Counted from the first letter of the whole stretch, positions 12,836 through 26,357 are shown. The stretch is DNA of 63,915 nt, filler included, from Reticulomyxa filosa (GCA_000512085.1; 22 parts of 22 records of this genome joined end to end with filler, not necessarily neighbours in it), one strand, 5' to 3'. Made by a program: numbers and translations. Notes: a model not told the origin generated them from the sequence alone.

Positions 12836-15350
12836 NNNNNNNNNNNNNNNNNNNNNNNNNNNNNNNNNNNNNNNNNNNNTTAATTAATTAANNNNNNNNN
12901 NNNNNNNNNNNNNNNNNNNNNNNNNNNNNNNNNNNATCATATTATATCGTTTTAGGCGTTCAGTTTTCTTTGCAACATAGTGTAAAAAGGATTACAAAAT
13001 ATGTTTAAAGTATTTTGTCTTTTTTTTTAAGTTGATGATAATCGGTGTGCTATTGGTTGATGCTTACATTGGAATGCTTTATTGCTGTTTGCCTCTGTTG
13101 GCAATAAACATGATTGATCCTGGAAAATGCTTTTATTCACGAATTTGGCCTTCAATGTCTTTCATTTTGAGTTTAATGTCATATTCTTGACTCTTGACTA
13201 TTGTGACTTTTTTCCTGGATTTGATTACTTTTCCTGTATTTGCTGCCGGACTGCTATCAATATCCATTTTGGTATTGACATGACATGCATGTCAATGAAG
13301 ATTTGATTGTTTATATCAATCTTTCTTTCAAATGTCCACTGGTCAACTGCTTAGTCACAGGCCAGATGAATGATTGTTTTAATTTAATTTAGCATTTTCA
13401 TATCTTTCGAACACAATTGATTTTTTCGATCATATATCTTTTTTGTATATTTAATTTCTATCAGTACTTTTACTTCATTTGGTGATAGCAAAATGTACGT
13501 AATGGCTATGTTGTAGATTAATACAGGTGTTGGTTATTGTTTTAAAATCAAATTTATAATACATCTTTGGTTTTTTAGAATAATTATAGTCTTCGGCACC
13601 AGTAAAGCACAAAGTCATATTTTATGTGTTGTGATATAATTTTGTTCATATGAATATTCACGATACTACCAACTTTCACAAAATCATCAGCGTAATTACT
13701 GTGAGTGCGAGAGGCGGCTAAGTGTAATACGAAAGGAATTTAATTCTTTATTTCTGTTGAAAATAATACGAAAGTAAATGATAACCAAAAATATTTGGTT
13801 GAAAGTGAAAAGAAAAAGTTTTAAGCCTTTTCAAATGTGTTAATAGTTAGTATGACATTACCTTTTTGTTCTTATTATAGAGTTATAGTGCACCGTTTGA
13901 ATTATAAAATGCATTGCTGCAACAATCAATGAACACACGCTAAGACAAAGATCATTGACATTAAATAATGTTGTAAAACTGCATGCTATGTTATAAAGTT
14001 ATGAATGCAATAGCATTTTATTAAAATTTTTGATGAATTGACTATTGAATGAACAGCACAAAAGCAATAGAAACAAGCATATATACATTTGTCTCCTCCA
14101 AAAACAAAATTATTCCACAATTTTTTNNNNNNNNNNNNNNNNNNNNNNNNNNNNNNNNNNNNNNNNNNNNTTAATTAATTAANNNNNNNNNNNNNNNNNN
14201 NNNNNNNNNNNNNNNNNNNNNNNNNNGAATAAAAACATTCAAAACGATCTTAGATGAATTCATATTCATATTATATTATGATTATCTGTTTTTATTTTTA
14301 TTTTTAGAAACACGCATGACACATTGAAGGAACTGTGATACTTGAACGAAACAATATTGATAACAAACTGGTGGCGACAAGCAACGGCAAATATTAAGTA
14401 ATTTACTTACAAAGCAGTACATAGTGATATACACAACGCAGACGTTTGATTTGACAGCGAATTTCAGGCTAAACAACTTTAAAAAGTCATTAGCCACAGT
14501 CATATCTTCATATTGGACCAAATGAGCTTGATCACAGCACACACAATTGATGTTACTGTTGCAATCGGTATTTTTGTGTGACATGTAGTTTGTCTAGTTT
14601 TCAATTACATTTGTCTACAAATGATTGCATGCAAATTTTGTTTCATCCAACAAATCCCTTTTCACTAGCAATATACACATCATTATTATATATGTGTATG
14701 TACAAATTATTACAAACAATCAAATAGCTGTCGTTAAAATACAAAAACGTTAGTATGTGGTCTGTAAGTCAGTCTTGCTCGTCGTGATAAATACCACTGT
14801 CGAGACTCTTATTCATGTAAATCATTTCATTTTTAAGTCCAAAGCTAAGTTGTCAATTTTTTTTTCAGAGTTCATTTTTATAAAAGGAGTACTTATTCGT
14901 TGTTAAAAAAAAAGGTGACGTGTGTTTCCCCCTTTCTCTTTTCGTTTGGAAATTTGATTATATGGCACAAAAGGACGCTAGTTTCGTAACTAGAAACAGC
15001 AAATTCAGGGCCATTCAACACTATTTTCTTAAGCGACTCAACGTCAGTATCTGCATGGTGATACACCAGTCGTTCCATAGCGATCACATTTTTGTAACAC
15101 TCGGGTATTTTCCCTTTCTTCTCTTTAATAATGTCGAGTTAAATAGTTCAGATTAAAGACTGGAAGATCATAACTGAGGTTTTGTATTGTTTTGACCATT
15201 CCGTCTATGATAACCTGAAGTTTTTTACAACAATAAATGCAGGAACATTTCTAAATTTAATTTCTTTATGTGTAATCAAAGGACAGTTTCTGCTTTAAAA
15301 GATTTTTTAAAAAAGGGTTTCTCCCAACCTAAAACAATAAGTTTGGTACA

Positions 15351-15824
15351 ATGGCAGATTTAATTTCAGATTCAGAGGAGGACTTGGTAAATAATGACGA
15401 TGAGGAAACTGGTAACAATGAAGAAGAGGAAACTGGCAACAATGAAGAAGAGGAAGAACAAGAGGACGAACAAGAACAAGAGGACGAGCAAGAACAAGAA
15501 CAAGAAGAGCCAGCGGAGCAAAACGAAGGATCAGATCATCAAGGAAGTGAGTTTGAGTATTCTTCGAGTGAGCACGAGGAGAAAAGTTCAACCGATTCGT
15601 ATGTATATCCCTTCGAAACCTCGAGTGATGATTCATGGGCTAGTTTGGATAGTGATGGATGCCTGCAAAAAATATTGGCCAAATTGCCAACTTACGACCC
15701 CCCAGATTCAGACGAGGAGGCAAACAAGTCCCGTTCGCCATCGCCATCTCAATACAGCGACCATGGGTATATCAGTGTTTGTTCCGAGTCTATAATTTGT
15801 GCAAATGTATTTCATAAGAGGGGG
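15351..15824 (+). CDS. N-terminus of an acidic low-complexity protein (partial)
   Basis: ATG start, E/D/Q-rich repeats (EETGNNEE x2, EQEDEQ x2), open to the contig end or an intron near 15767. Confidence 0.6.
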
Positions 15825-16179
15825 NNNNNNNNNNNNNNNNNNNNNNNNNNNNNNNNNNNNNNNNNNNNTTAATTAATTAANNNNNNNNNNNNNNNNNNNN
15901 NNNNNNNNNNNNNNNNNNNNNNNNAAAAGGGAGGGAAAAAAGAATTTGAAAAAAAAGTGGGAAAAAATGAAGGAAGAAAAAATTTTATTTATGAAAAATA
16001 AAAAAGAATGGAAAATTAAAAAAAGAATGAAAAAATAAAAAAATGAAGAATAAAAAAGATTGGAAAATGAAAAAAAAATGTTAAAAAATGTAAAAGAAAA
16101 ATAATTAAAAAAGTTGACAATGGAAAAAAGAAGAAAAAAAAAAGCAAAAAAATTTGAAGAAAATAGTAAAAAAAATTGG

Positions 16180-18267
16180 GAGATTGTCCCGTGTACGTGC
16201 GCACTTTCGCGCTTTTAATTATGGGTCTTGGGGGTTTAAGTTGTTGGATGAGCTGTCGTATAGCTCAACAATGGAAAATTTTGAACAAGTGCGGCAATAT
16301 CAACTCGAAGCTTTGGAAAGAAATTGTTTTTATCAACATAGTCGCAAGTATCTTCGGAAAACTCTTGGTGTGGCTCATATCAAAGAAGACGTCGAATTCG
16401 ATCTATATGCACAACAAACAAGTGAAAGTCGTCGTTATGGAAATGGCGCAACTTTGTAAGCGCAGAACAATTGAAACTCGTCGTGTGCGTACGCATATTC
16501 GCAATTTTGGGAATCTTGGGCTCGCGGGCGACATTGAACATTGGCAATAGTTGATTAGATAGCTACATTTTATGATTCCATCGCTGCAAGAATCATGTTT
16601 GTCGAACAAGCACCACTACCTTTGCTAGTTGTTTCTGAATAGACTATGGACTATATGCGTCTGTTGGATGTGATGCAACACTTTGTATTTGTTGCATTGT
16701 TCCAGTGATTGTAAGCAATGAAGTGGGGTTACCAATTTGCATTCGCTGAAGTTGGATCCGAATCGTCAGTTCTGAACTGTGAAGCCGTAGGGCCTTGGGC
16801 GTACTCAAAAATAACGTCCAACCATTGCACGCAAGAAGCGAAGAATGAATAACCACAAAGAACACGTCCAATAATAAAAAAGAAAAGAAAACTTCTACCA
16901 TCACTCACGGATTGCCTCAAATATGTGAATATCGCATGTCGATATGCGAAAGTTTAATAACAAGCATTATCCAAGCCCAAAGTGTGTCCCTGATCACAAG
17001 GGATGAACGCCTTATTTGGAAGACGTTCATCACATGATGGCACTGGGACAGTGGGGCAATATTCTCCCAGGCCAATCCCAAACAACCTGGACATTGGTGC
17101 CTCCCGATACGAAAGCGCAAGTTCGTCAATAAAAAAGGAAAAGAAGACAGTGATATCGCGCAACGATATCAACATGGCGATATTTACAACAGCAGCAGCG
17201 ATTGTACTTACGAAGAAATAGAAGGCGAGGAAGAAAATAGTGTGGACGTTGTTAAAAGATAATGCACATAGAGACCGATCAAACGATTATATCGGGAGAA
17301 TCATTTTATGTGAGATTGGCTCGATTCGGTGGAAGAGTTGTGCGAAACTCGCATCAAGACATCAACAAGCAAGAAGAAGAAGATAAATAGAAAGAGGGTG
17401 ACGATGAAGAGAAGAAAAAAAATGACAAGTATGTATCGCTTTGAATTTGTTTCTTTTAAAAAAATAACCAGTCGACTGGTTTTGTTGAGTTTGGCTATAG
17501 AATTGCTCATCAGACTGGAATCGCGCAAAGTCGCCACTCACAGACGTGGACCAACTCACATATCGCGCACCAAAGGAAAATTCTAAACAACTGCGGCGAT
17601 TTCAAGAAGTGGTAGCCCGAAGTATTGGAAAGAACGTTTGCCATCAACACAGTGCGCACAAAAGTTTCTGCGGATAATTGTTGGCGCGACACAGCATCAA
17701 AGAAGGTGCCAAGCTGCTATCTATCGGAGCCAATGAGCAAGGAGCACTTGGTCGTTATGGAAATTTCTCAAATTTTTGTTAACGCAGAGATTGAACAATC
17801 GCGCCGAAACTGGTCGTGTGTGTGCACGCACATTCGCAAATTTAGATTTTAAATCGTACGTATACTGATGGTAAAAACCTTGAGCTCGTGAAGTATTGAA
17901 CATTGTTGTCGGTGAAGAAAGAGAGAAAGAAAGCTGATCGCATTTCCGAGTCCTCGCTGCAAGGTTTGTATGCCTTGCATTTGTCGAAAAAACACTTATT
18001 ATCTTTGCCCGAGCTGCTTCCGGGATCAACGATGAACTACGGACGACGTGTCGGGTAGCAAGCAATCAAGAAAGCAATAAGTGGAGGACGAGTAAGAAAA
18101 GAACGTGAACGTGGTAAAAAAAAAAAAAATAATCGACATTGCTATCGAGCAACCACTGGTTATTGATTTTCTCTTTTAAATCTCGAACCGCGCAAAATCG
18201 CCACTCGCGGTCGTAGACTAACTTCCCATAGCGCATCCCAGTGGAAAGTGTTGAACGAATATATCAG
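16180..18267 (+). repeat. Degenerate long-period (~650-bp) tandem repeat with coding remnants
   Basis: 16245-16510 aligns by eye with 17543-17850 (ttggaaagaa..catcaacayag; atcaaagaag; gtcgttatggaaat; tcgtgtgygtrcrcgcayattcgcaa). The unit start recurs at about 18190-18267 and weakly at about 16895. Confidence 0.65.
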
Positions 18268-19174
18268 NNNNNNNNNNNNNNNNNNNNNNNNNNNNNNNNN
18301 NNNNNNNNNNNTTAATTAATTAANNNNNNNNNNNNNNNNNNNNNNNNNNNNNNNNNNNNNNNNNNNNTTTTTTTTGTAAATTCTTAATAACAATTTACAT
18401 AGTTATACAATGTCATCACTTTTTTTTATCTCTTGCAGGGCATAGAGACAGCTCCTTTTTCAAATTTATCAAATTTTTTTAATTGAAAAACACAAACTTT
18501 TTTCAAATTTTTAAAAGAAATTTATATAAAAAATGATTCTATATGTAATATCCTCCTTCTATTATTTTTGAAAAAAATAATTCTAAGTTTAGTATTTAAA
18601 ATTCAGGGCATAAATTAGAACTGTTTTTGAATTCTATTGAATGAATATTTTTGAAAGTCAATTGAAGGTATACAAGAAGATAATCCAAAAGATATTGATT
18701 GAAGGAGAGAAAATCATCATTTTAATTGTAAATTGAAATAGGTGAAATTAAAAGAAATCTTCTCCAAGTAAAAAATTTATGAATAACAACATATTCTCAC
18801 AATTTTCATGCTTTTCTAAACCAATGTAAATTATTTGTCTGTTTTGACATTGGGCAACATAAAGTCCTTTTTTTCAAAAAGATGAATAAATCTTGAAAAC
18901 CATCTTGAGCAGAGTATTTGATTGAACTTTACATTTTTCGAATATTTTTCATTGATTTATTTGATAACAATGATAAAACAGTTTGTAATGTTCTATTTTG
19001 TGATTGTATTTAAAAATCTTTGTTTGTATCTTCACTTCTGCGAAATTTGTTTTATTTCAAAAAGACTTGTGAAAGACTTTTTTTTAGAGTCGACAAGATT
19101 TTTTTTGTAAGTTCCTACTCCTTTTTTTTTTAAAAAAAGACTACCATTCCTTTTTTTGAATTAAAGGAAACACC

Positions 19175-20455
19175 ATGTTGGTCTTGAATGTAGAAGGAGA
19201 AGAAAAAAAAATGGACACTTTTTCCAGTCTTAACTGTTACAGTAAAGACTGGCTTTCATTAACCAACAAACAGCAAAAGCTAAACACTTTAATTTGCTGT
19301 CTTTGCAATCAAATTGCAAGTAATGCAATGGAGTTGCAATGTGATGAACATGAAAATTCTGAACATGTTCATTTGGTAGGAGAAGCTTGCCTACAAAAAT
19401 ACTTTAAACAAAATAATGGAAAATGTCCAATTCAACAACATGATAATTGCGATTTTGCGAAAAGTAAAACCGCAAGACAACAACTTTCAGAATTATTGGT
19501 AATTTGTCCTCTGCAATATGAGGTGAATAAATGTAAAAAATCCAATAAAGAAAATGAATTGAATTTAAATAAGAATTTGAAATCGAATTTTAATGATCCG
19601 AATTTCAATAATTCGCCAAATTCAAATTCGAATTTGAATTTCAGGAGTTCCGGAAATTCAAATTTCGGTAGTTCCGGAAATTCCGTCAGTTCCGGAAATT
19701 CAAATTCCGTCAGCTCCGGAAATTCCGTCAGCTCCGGAAATTCAAATTCCGTCAGTTCCGGAAATTCCGTCAGTTCCGGAAATTTCAATTCCGTTAGTTC
19801 CGGAAATCCAAATTTCGGTAGTTCCGGAAATTCAAATTCCGTCAGTTCCGAAAATTCAACTTTCGGAAGTTCCGGAAATTTAAATTTCGATAATTTGAAT
19901 TCCTGTAATTTTAATTCAACAAATAATTGTAATTTTAAAGGAAAAATGAAAGAAATGAAAGATCATTTGGATAAGTCATGTCCAATTTCAATGAAACAAA
20001 AAAATGAATTGGTGATTAAAGATCAATTTAGTGTAATGAATGAACAAATTAAACAATTGCAACAAGATTTACAATTCAATCAAAATACTGTCAAACAATT
20101 GCAATTACAATTACAAACTGAAAAATTACAAACAGTTTTTTTTGTTATTTATTATTTATTATTTATTTAAAATAAAATAAAAAAAAAAAGGAACAATTCA
20201 AAGAAAAGCATTTGGAAAGCAAACAACAATTAGAAAGAATTGAAAAAAGTAATAATGAAAAAAGCAAACAAATTGAACAATTTAATGTAAATAATTTTAT
20301 TTATTTGTTATATATTTATTTATTTTTTTTTTTTATTTATATGTATAGAAACAAATGAATAATTTAAAAAATGGATTACTCAAGAAAGATGAACAAATAA
20401 TTGAATTAACAAAAAGTATTCAACAACTGAATGAAAATATTAATAACTTCAAAAA
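19175..20455 (+). CDS. RING-like/TRAF-type zinc-finger coiled-coil protein (5' partial, 3 exons seen)
   Basis: CCLC...C.EH...C...CP..QH.C RING-like region, then VICP...CNFKGK..MKDHLDKSC (TRAF-type zinc finger), then a Q/E/K coiled coil. In-frame exons 19175-20134, 20191-20286 and 20349-end with GT-AG introns. Confidence 0.85.
19646..19891 (+). repeat. Coding minisatellite of 18/24-bp units (AGTTCCGGAAATT core)
   Basis: About 11 units encoding SSGNSV / SSGNSNSV / SSGNSNFG. Confidence 0.92.
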
Positions 20456-20555
20456 NNNNNNNNNNNNNNNNNNNNNNNNNNNNNNNNNNNNNNNNNNNNT
20501 TAATTAATTAANNNNNNNNNNNNNNNNNNNNNNNNNNNNNNNNNNNNNNNNNNNN

Positions 20556-20589
<34 letters not shown>

Positions 20590-20612
20590 GCAATCAAGCA
20601 ATCAAGCAATAA
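20556..20612 (+). repeat. (CAAT)n microsatellite
   Basis: aatcaatcaatc... at the contig start. Confidence 0.9.
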
Positions 20613-20806
20613 AGCAATGAAGAAAAATACAACCAAACAATTGAAATGCATAACAGTCGAGAGGGCGATACCTTTGCGTAGGTACATACTAATGCGAAGA
20701 CACAAACTGGCGAAAGAGGAACCACTATTTTCGTAACATGCAAATCATCGTCTGTCCTTTTGTTGTGATGCATTGTATGAATTGAGGGAACAAAACCTAT
20801 GTGTAC

Positions 20807-21541
20807 CTTGGCATCTTGGGACTGCCGCTCAAATCCATCGGTTCGATTACGTCCTTTCTTTTTGTTGGGATCACTCAATGTGCAAATCGTGGTATGCGAT
20901 TCGTCCAATTGTTGAATGAACAGATTTTGTGACTCCAATGCCTTTTCCAGGCACTCTGTGAACGTGTTTGCCGATTGCAACAAATTGCTTACTTGCTCTT
21001 TGTAGGCTGTTCACAGTCACATTGTCATGCATTTTTTTTTTCAAAGGTCAAACATAACACACATACATATATATATGTATATATACAATCAAACATATCG
21101 AAATACAAGTACAAATTCACCATCCAATTTCTGAAATGCATCGAGCACGCTTGCGTCGTCACTACTTTCCACAATTTGACCTGTCCATTGCCTTGTGAAC
21201 AATTTTGCTTCATTAAAGGCCCCTTTCAATACGTTCAATGCTGTCGCCGCGGTATTCGCAAAGTTGCTATGAATGTCGTCATTGCCGTCTGTTGTGTTGC
21301 TCTCTGTTGGTGCATTTGTCACTTGTGTCTCTTGTTCAGGTGTCGTCACTGTTGCATTTGTCTGTGGCGATGCGTCTCTGTAGTCCTCATCGCCACTTTT
21401 TGTTTGCTCTGTCGTCAACGGTTCTATCTCTTTGTTTTCTTCTTTTATTGACAGATCGGTCATGTTTTTGTCAAGAGTTGTCATGTTTTCTTCATTTTCG
21501 TGAGACATGATAGGACTAGGATTTTTAATTTCAACTTGCAA
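20807..21541 (-). CDS. Protein with an acidic N-terminus and a probable BAR/arfaptin-like helical domain (5' part)
   Basis: Intron 21007-21120 splices in frame: FTRQWTGQIVESSDDASVLDAFQKLD|AYKEQVSNLLQSANTFTECLEKALESQNLF. The next donor is at 20806. The BAR call is by pattern only. Confidence 0.65.
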
Positions 21542-21791
21542 ATGGCGCTTTTTGGGTTATGCTTTTTTTTGTTCCCCTCCCCACGTTACAACTTTTTTTC
21601 AAGAAAGTTATGTATAAAATTTGATTTTGTTGTAAAGGTCAGATACAATCCACCCAAAAATTAAGTTCAAAAAAATACGTCAAGAGGAGTTTTTGGTCTC
21701 TTCTTCCCCGAGCCACGACTATTAAAAAAAACTCTACAAATACTAGCGTTATTGTTTTTTCCTCAACAATTGTTGAAGACTCAAACAAAGA

Positions 21792-22358
21792 ATGTCAGAC
21801 CCTATGACAGATATTGGCATTAAGAGTGCTTCACCGTCAGCACTGACAAGACAACTGTCGAACTCAACCTCACAAGCGTGCTCAGTATGCGGGAAAAATT
21901 TTGGACGCATAAAAAGACGAGCACAAACGTGTGGAAGATGTTTCTCCAAGGTATGCACGAAATGTTCAAACCACAAAAGACTGGACCAAGGGGCAACCAA
22001 CACGAAAAAAATTACGCGAGCGTGCGACAAATGTGTGAACACGGAAAAAACAGTGCTAATTAATTTCCAACTGCAAAACTTGCAGTTGAAAGCCACAAGC
22101 AATGGGAGGACACAAGTCTGTCAAATGTACCACGGATCGCGCGAGCATAAATTGGGACTGGTCGACGGAGCCGTGGTAGTGAAGATCAACAACGAAATGG
22201 TGGAAGACAAAAGCCCGCATTGGATCGCCAACAAACTGAATCAAACGAAGCTACCATTTCGCATCACATTGGACAACGTGGACATTAGTGCGTTTGGTTT
22301 CGCAGAGCAATCGCAAGACCAATATATGATAAGAGCAGAGAGTGAAAGCAAGACAGTG

Positions 22359-22437
<79 letters not shown>

Positions 22438-22439
22438 GC

Positions 22440-22471
<32 letters not shown>

Positions 22472-24899
22472 TGATAATGACAATAACAATGATGAAGACG
22501 AAAGTGAAAATGTACGCGAAATGGAATGGTCCAATTCCAACTCGAATTCGAATTCGAATTCGAATTCCAATTCCAATTCCAATTCCAATTCGAATTCCAA
22601 CTCCAATTCGAACGAGGCCAATTCTAACTTGCAATTCAACTACTCGAGCAGCCAAGGAAGCGAAACCGAAATGGACAGCGAAGCACATCACTTGGCCAGA
22701 GCGACGTCGATACCGACAGATGCGATAAGCAAAGACAAGGACAAAGACAAAGACAAAGATAAAGACAAGGACAAAGACAAAGATAAAAAGCAATTCAGTG
22801 TGCGATTCAACGCGCGACCATTTGGACTGCGACTCCACTACCGAAACACGCCTGGGACGGGCGACTCGCACTGGCATTGGCAGACTGTGTCGGCGCACTC
22901 TCGAGTGCCGATCTTCAGTCGACTGCTGGCGATCAATGGCATTTACATCGACAACCTCTCCGAACATCGCGTGCGCAAGCTCATGTTGAACGCCCCTCTG
23001 CCCATCACTCTCATCTTTGAGGCGCCGACCAATCACGGTCTGACGTCGTTGACGAGTGACTACCCGGAAATCAGCGACGGCACGGGGACTGGGATAGGAA
23101 CAGGGATAGGAGTAGGAGTAGGAGTAGGAGTAGGAGTTGGAGGAGGAGGAGGAGGAGGAATGAGCATAGGAGGAGGAGGAGGAATAAACACAAGAGCAGG
23201 GATAGGAATAGGATCGTTAGTATTAGAGTCCCCAAGTTTCACAGCACAAAAACGCATTAACAAAACTAATAATTACGCCGCGTCCACGACCCATAGAAAG
23301 ACAATAGAAAATCGTTCGTTTGACTCGGCCATGTGGGACTTGGTTCGTGGCAACCAAGACATAGTCGTTTGGTGGTTCAAGGACGGTGGCTGGTGTGCTG
23401 TCATGGCATTCCTATGCGTGCTTGCGTTCACAGATTGGTCGTGGCGCTTCTTGTTCACTTGCTGCTTGCCCATTGTCGGAGTCATGGACATTGGCACCGT
23501 CCTTCACTTGTATATATTGCCATTATTGTCCAACAGCTCCTTGTATTATCTCATCCGTTCTGTCTTCCGTCAAAAACACAAAGGCGTTGTCATTGTCCAA
23601 GAGGTCGAGCACGAGAAGTTGCAATCAAAGGATCTGCAAATGCTCGAGGAGCGTAGAGACCAACAGTCATTCCAAAAGAGACAGAATGAACTCAAACAGG
23701 TGAATGAGCAAGCAAAAAAGGATAGAGAAAATGAAAATGAAAAGGAAAAGGAAAATGAAAAGGGAAATGAAAAGGGAAATGAAAAAGAAAAAGAAAATGA
23801 AAATGAAAATGAAAATGAAAATGAAAATAAAAAGGAAATGGAAATAACAAAACAAATAAAAATGGAAAAAGAAGAAGAAAAAAAAGAAGAAAAGAAATTG
23901 ACAAATAATCAATCACAATCAGTTAGAATTGAAGAACGGCTCAAGACTCAATCATCGCTGTCATCCAAAGTCGACGATCGTATTAATGTCGTCGACTGGC
24001 AGAGCTGTTTACACGATCATGGCGTTGCCGCCTGGGGCTCGTGGCTGTGCTCTCCCGCACACGAAGTGCCTGTTCGTGGTCCGTCGTACTTATCTGATCG
24101 TATCAAAATCAAGTCTCAAAATCAACCCTTGAGATTGGCTGCCTTTGATGTATTTCTAAGTCATGGCCAAATTGAAAACATTTGCAACCATCGATGCTCG
24201 TGGTTTTACCAAAATCGTCACAAACTTCCAAAGGATATGTTCTTCTTTGCAATCCATTTGCGTTTGGTGAGCATCAAGATGAGCATGGTGTCTTATCATT
24301 GTGTCGAAAAGGGACTTGGACAACCTATCGGATTTGCGTCTTTGGACAACAGCAAACTGTTCACCAATTTTTGCAATGGCACTTGTCAATTTCGCAACGA
24401 TCGACTAAAATTGTTAGCACAAAGGGTGGATGGCCCTTTTTATATTCGCATTCCTTCCACACCTGCCATCATTGGACGTCAGGTCCCAATGAAATATTAT
24501 CGGTCTTTTGATCCTTCCAAGTATCATTCCAAACCTGAAACGGTCAGCACTCTTTCTGAATCTGCTTCTCCTTATGAATTCAAGAGATTGGCCATGCGAT
24601 CGCAAGATCAACTCGCCGAATCCAGCTCTCCAATGCAAGAATTCCCATGCACTTGCGGAAATTGTACGTGGACCACAAACGAAAGTAAGTATCCTGAATA
24701 TCTCGAAATCGAAATATTGCCAGATAAAAATACTGTTGCAACGACCCTTATTCAGCTGGCCCAAGGCATTTCGAAAAAGTTACAAGTCGATTTGCACTGG
24801 ATTTTAGAAGGGCAAAACGCCAAAGAATTGCCTGAAAATGTTCTTTGTTCATTGCGATTTTGCAACATTGATTTGTCCCATGTCACCACTTTGGATTAA
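21792..24899 (+). CDS. FYVE-like zinc finger + 2 PDZ-like domains + membrane segment + EDR2_C (DUF1336) domain protein, 1035 aa
   Basis: 8-Cys finger CSVC..F...RR..CGRC..VC.KCS...RACDKC. Two PDZ-like ends (VVVKINNE...LPFRITL; RPFGLRL...LLAINGI...LPITLIF). Hydrophobic segment WCAVMAFLCVLAF...LYILPLL. EDR2_C motifs VRGPSYLSDRIK, FRNDRLKL..VDGP, PAIIGR, YLEIEI, LEG...ELPE.VL. Poly-N, (NS)n, (DK)n, poly-G and (EN)n linkers. Confidence 0.9.
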
Positions 24900-26357
24900 A
24901 TCTTCATGTGAGATCCTTAATTGTAAATTCACTTTCCTTTTTTTTTTATCTGTCAAAGTTCAAATTCACCGGGTCGGATCACATATTGTTCAGAAGATTC
25001 AGTTCCACTTTTTATTGTACCGTTTCTCAACGTTTTTCATTTGAGTCCTCTCTCATTGATTTTCCTGTGGTGTATTGTTTTTTTTGAGTGTGCCTTTTCG
25101 TTATGTTGTGATCTTAATGAAATTGTCAATTTCTCCTTTTTTTTTAATCCTCATTGATGCTCTAGAACGAACACTTCAAAACAGGTGTATCAATAATGAA
25201 ACTTTGCAACAGCAATTAAACGATCAAATTCATATTTTCTTTAAATTGAAGAGATTCAAACAAAGCAAGACATCAAAACCCTTCTGATTTGAAAATTTAT
25301 ATAATCCTGGATGTTCAAATTTATTGTAAAAACAATACGTTTCGAAATTTTGACAAATATCAATCTTTTCAATTGAATTTGATAAATCAAATTTTATTTT
25401 ATTTTCAATTTTTTCAAATTCTAATTCTAATTGTTTCCAAGGCTCTTCTTTTGATCTGAAGGTCCATTTTTGTATATTTTGGTTTCAATGTACAAAACAT
25501 ATTTTCGATTAGGCTCTTTCATAAGTTTTTCGTATTGAACGTCAGCTTCTATTTACGCACACATTAATAACTTAACTAAATTTTTTTGCAATTTTGAGCA
25601 AACTCCAGCAATGATGCAACAGCTCAACGGCAAGCCCTTTGTTAAAATTATCAACTACTTTATCTATTTTCAAAAATAATTAAAAAATTCGAATATCGAA
25701 CTATAATGAGATAAAATAAAAAAAGAAAAAAAATAAAGGACAAAATATTGAAATAATCAAAAAAGATGTAATAAAAAACCAAAATAATAATTTAAAACTA
25801 CAAGATTCGTAGATATTTTTAAAAACTTAGATATGAACGTTGTTTTTTCATAAAGAAAATCAATCAAATATGTAAGGTGCAGTTCTAGATGTCAAATTTA
25901 CATTGCATTCTACTGCAGTTCATAGAAGCTCCAATGTTCAAAAATCACATCAATATAAAAATACGCATTATTACAATAATAGTAACGATCAAAGGGTAAA
26001 AAAAAAAATTTCACTTTGTTTTAATGAATGCACTATTAAATAAAAAAAATATTGAAACTGAGATTATTTTGCGTACTGCATCAAATATTCCTTTACATCA
26101 AAATGCAACAAAAAAAAAGTCAAATGCAAAAATCAAAAACACAAAAGGATTTGTTCAAAAAAATAATAATGTTACTTTGAAAATGGCTGAAAAAACACAT
26201 ACTTTTTTTACTTATTGCAGTTCCTATTGGTGTAGAAACGTCGNNNNNNNNNNNNNNNNNNNNNNNNNNNNNNNNNNNNNNNNNNNNTTAATTAATTAAN
26301 NNNNNNNNNNNNNNNNNNNNNNNNNNNNNNNNNNNNNNNNNNNAAAAAAAAAAAAAG

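Noticed and set aside
19646-19891. CRISPR-like array of palindromic repeats
   Set aside because: The intervening sequences are only 5-11 bp and repeat each other, the array is in frame within a spliced eukaryotic gene, and no cas genes are present.
22241-23916. Antisense poly-Leu/Ile/Phe ORFs as membrane proteins
   Set aside because: They are shadows of (AAT)n and (GAAAAT)n tracts in the 1035-aa gene.
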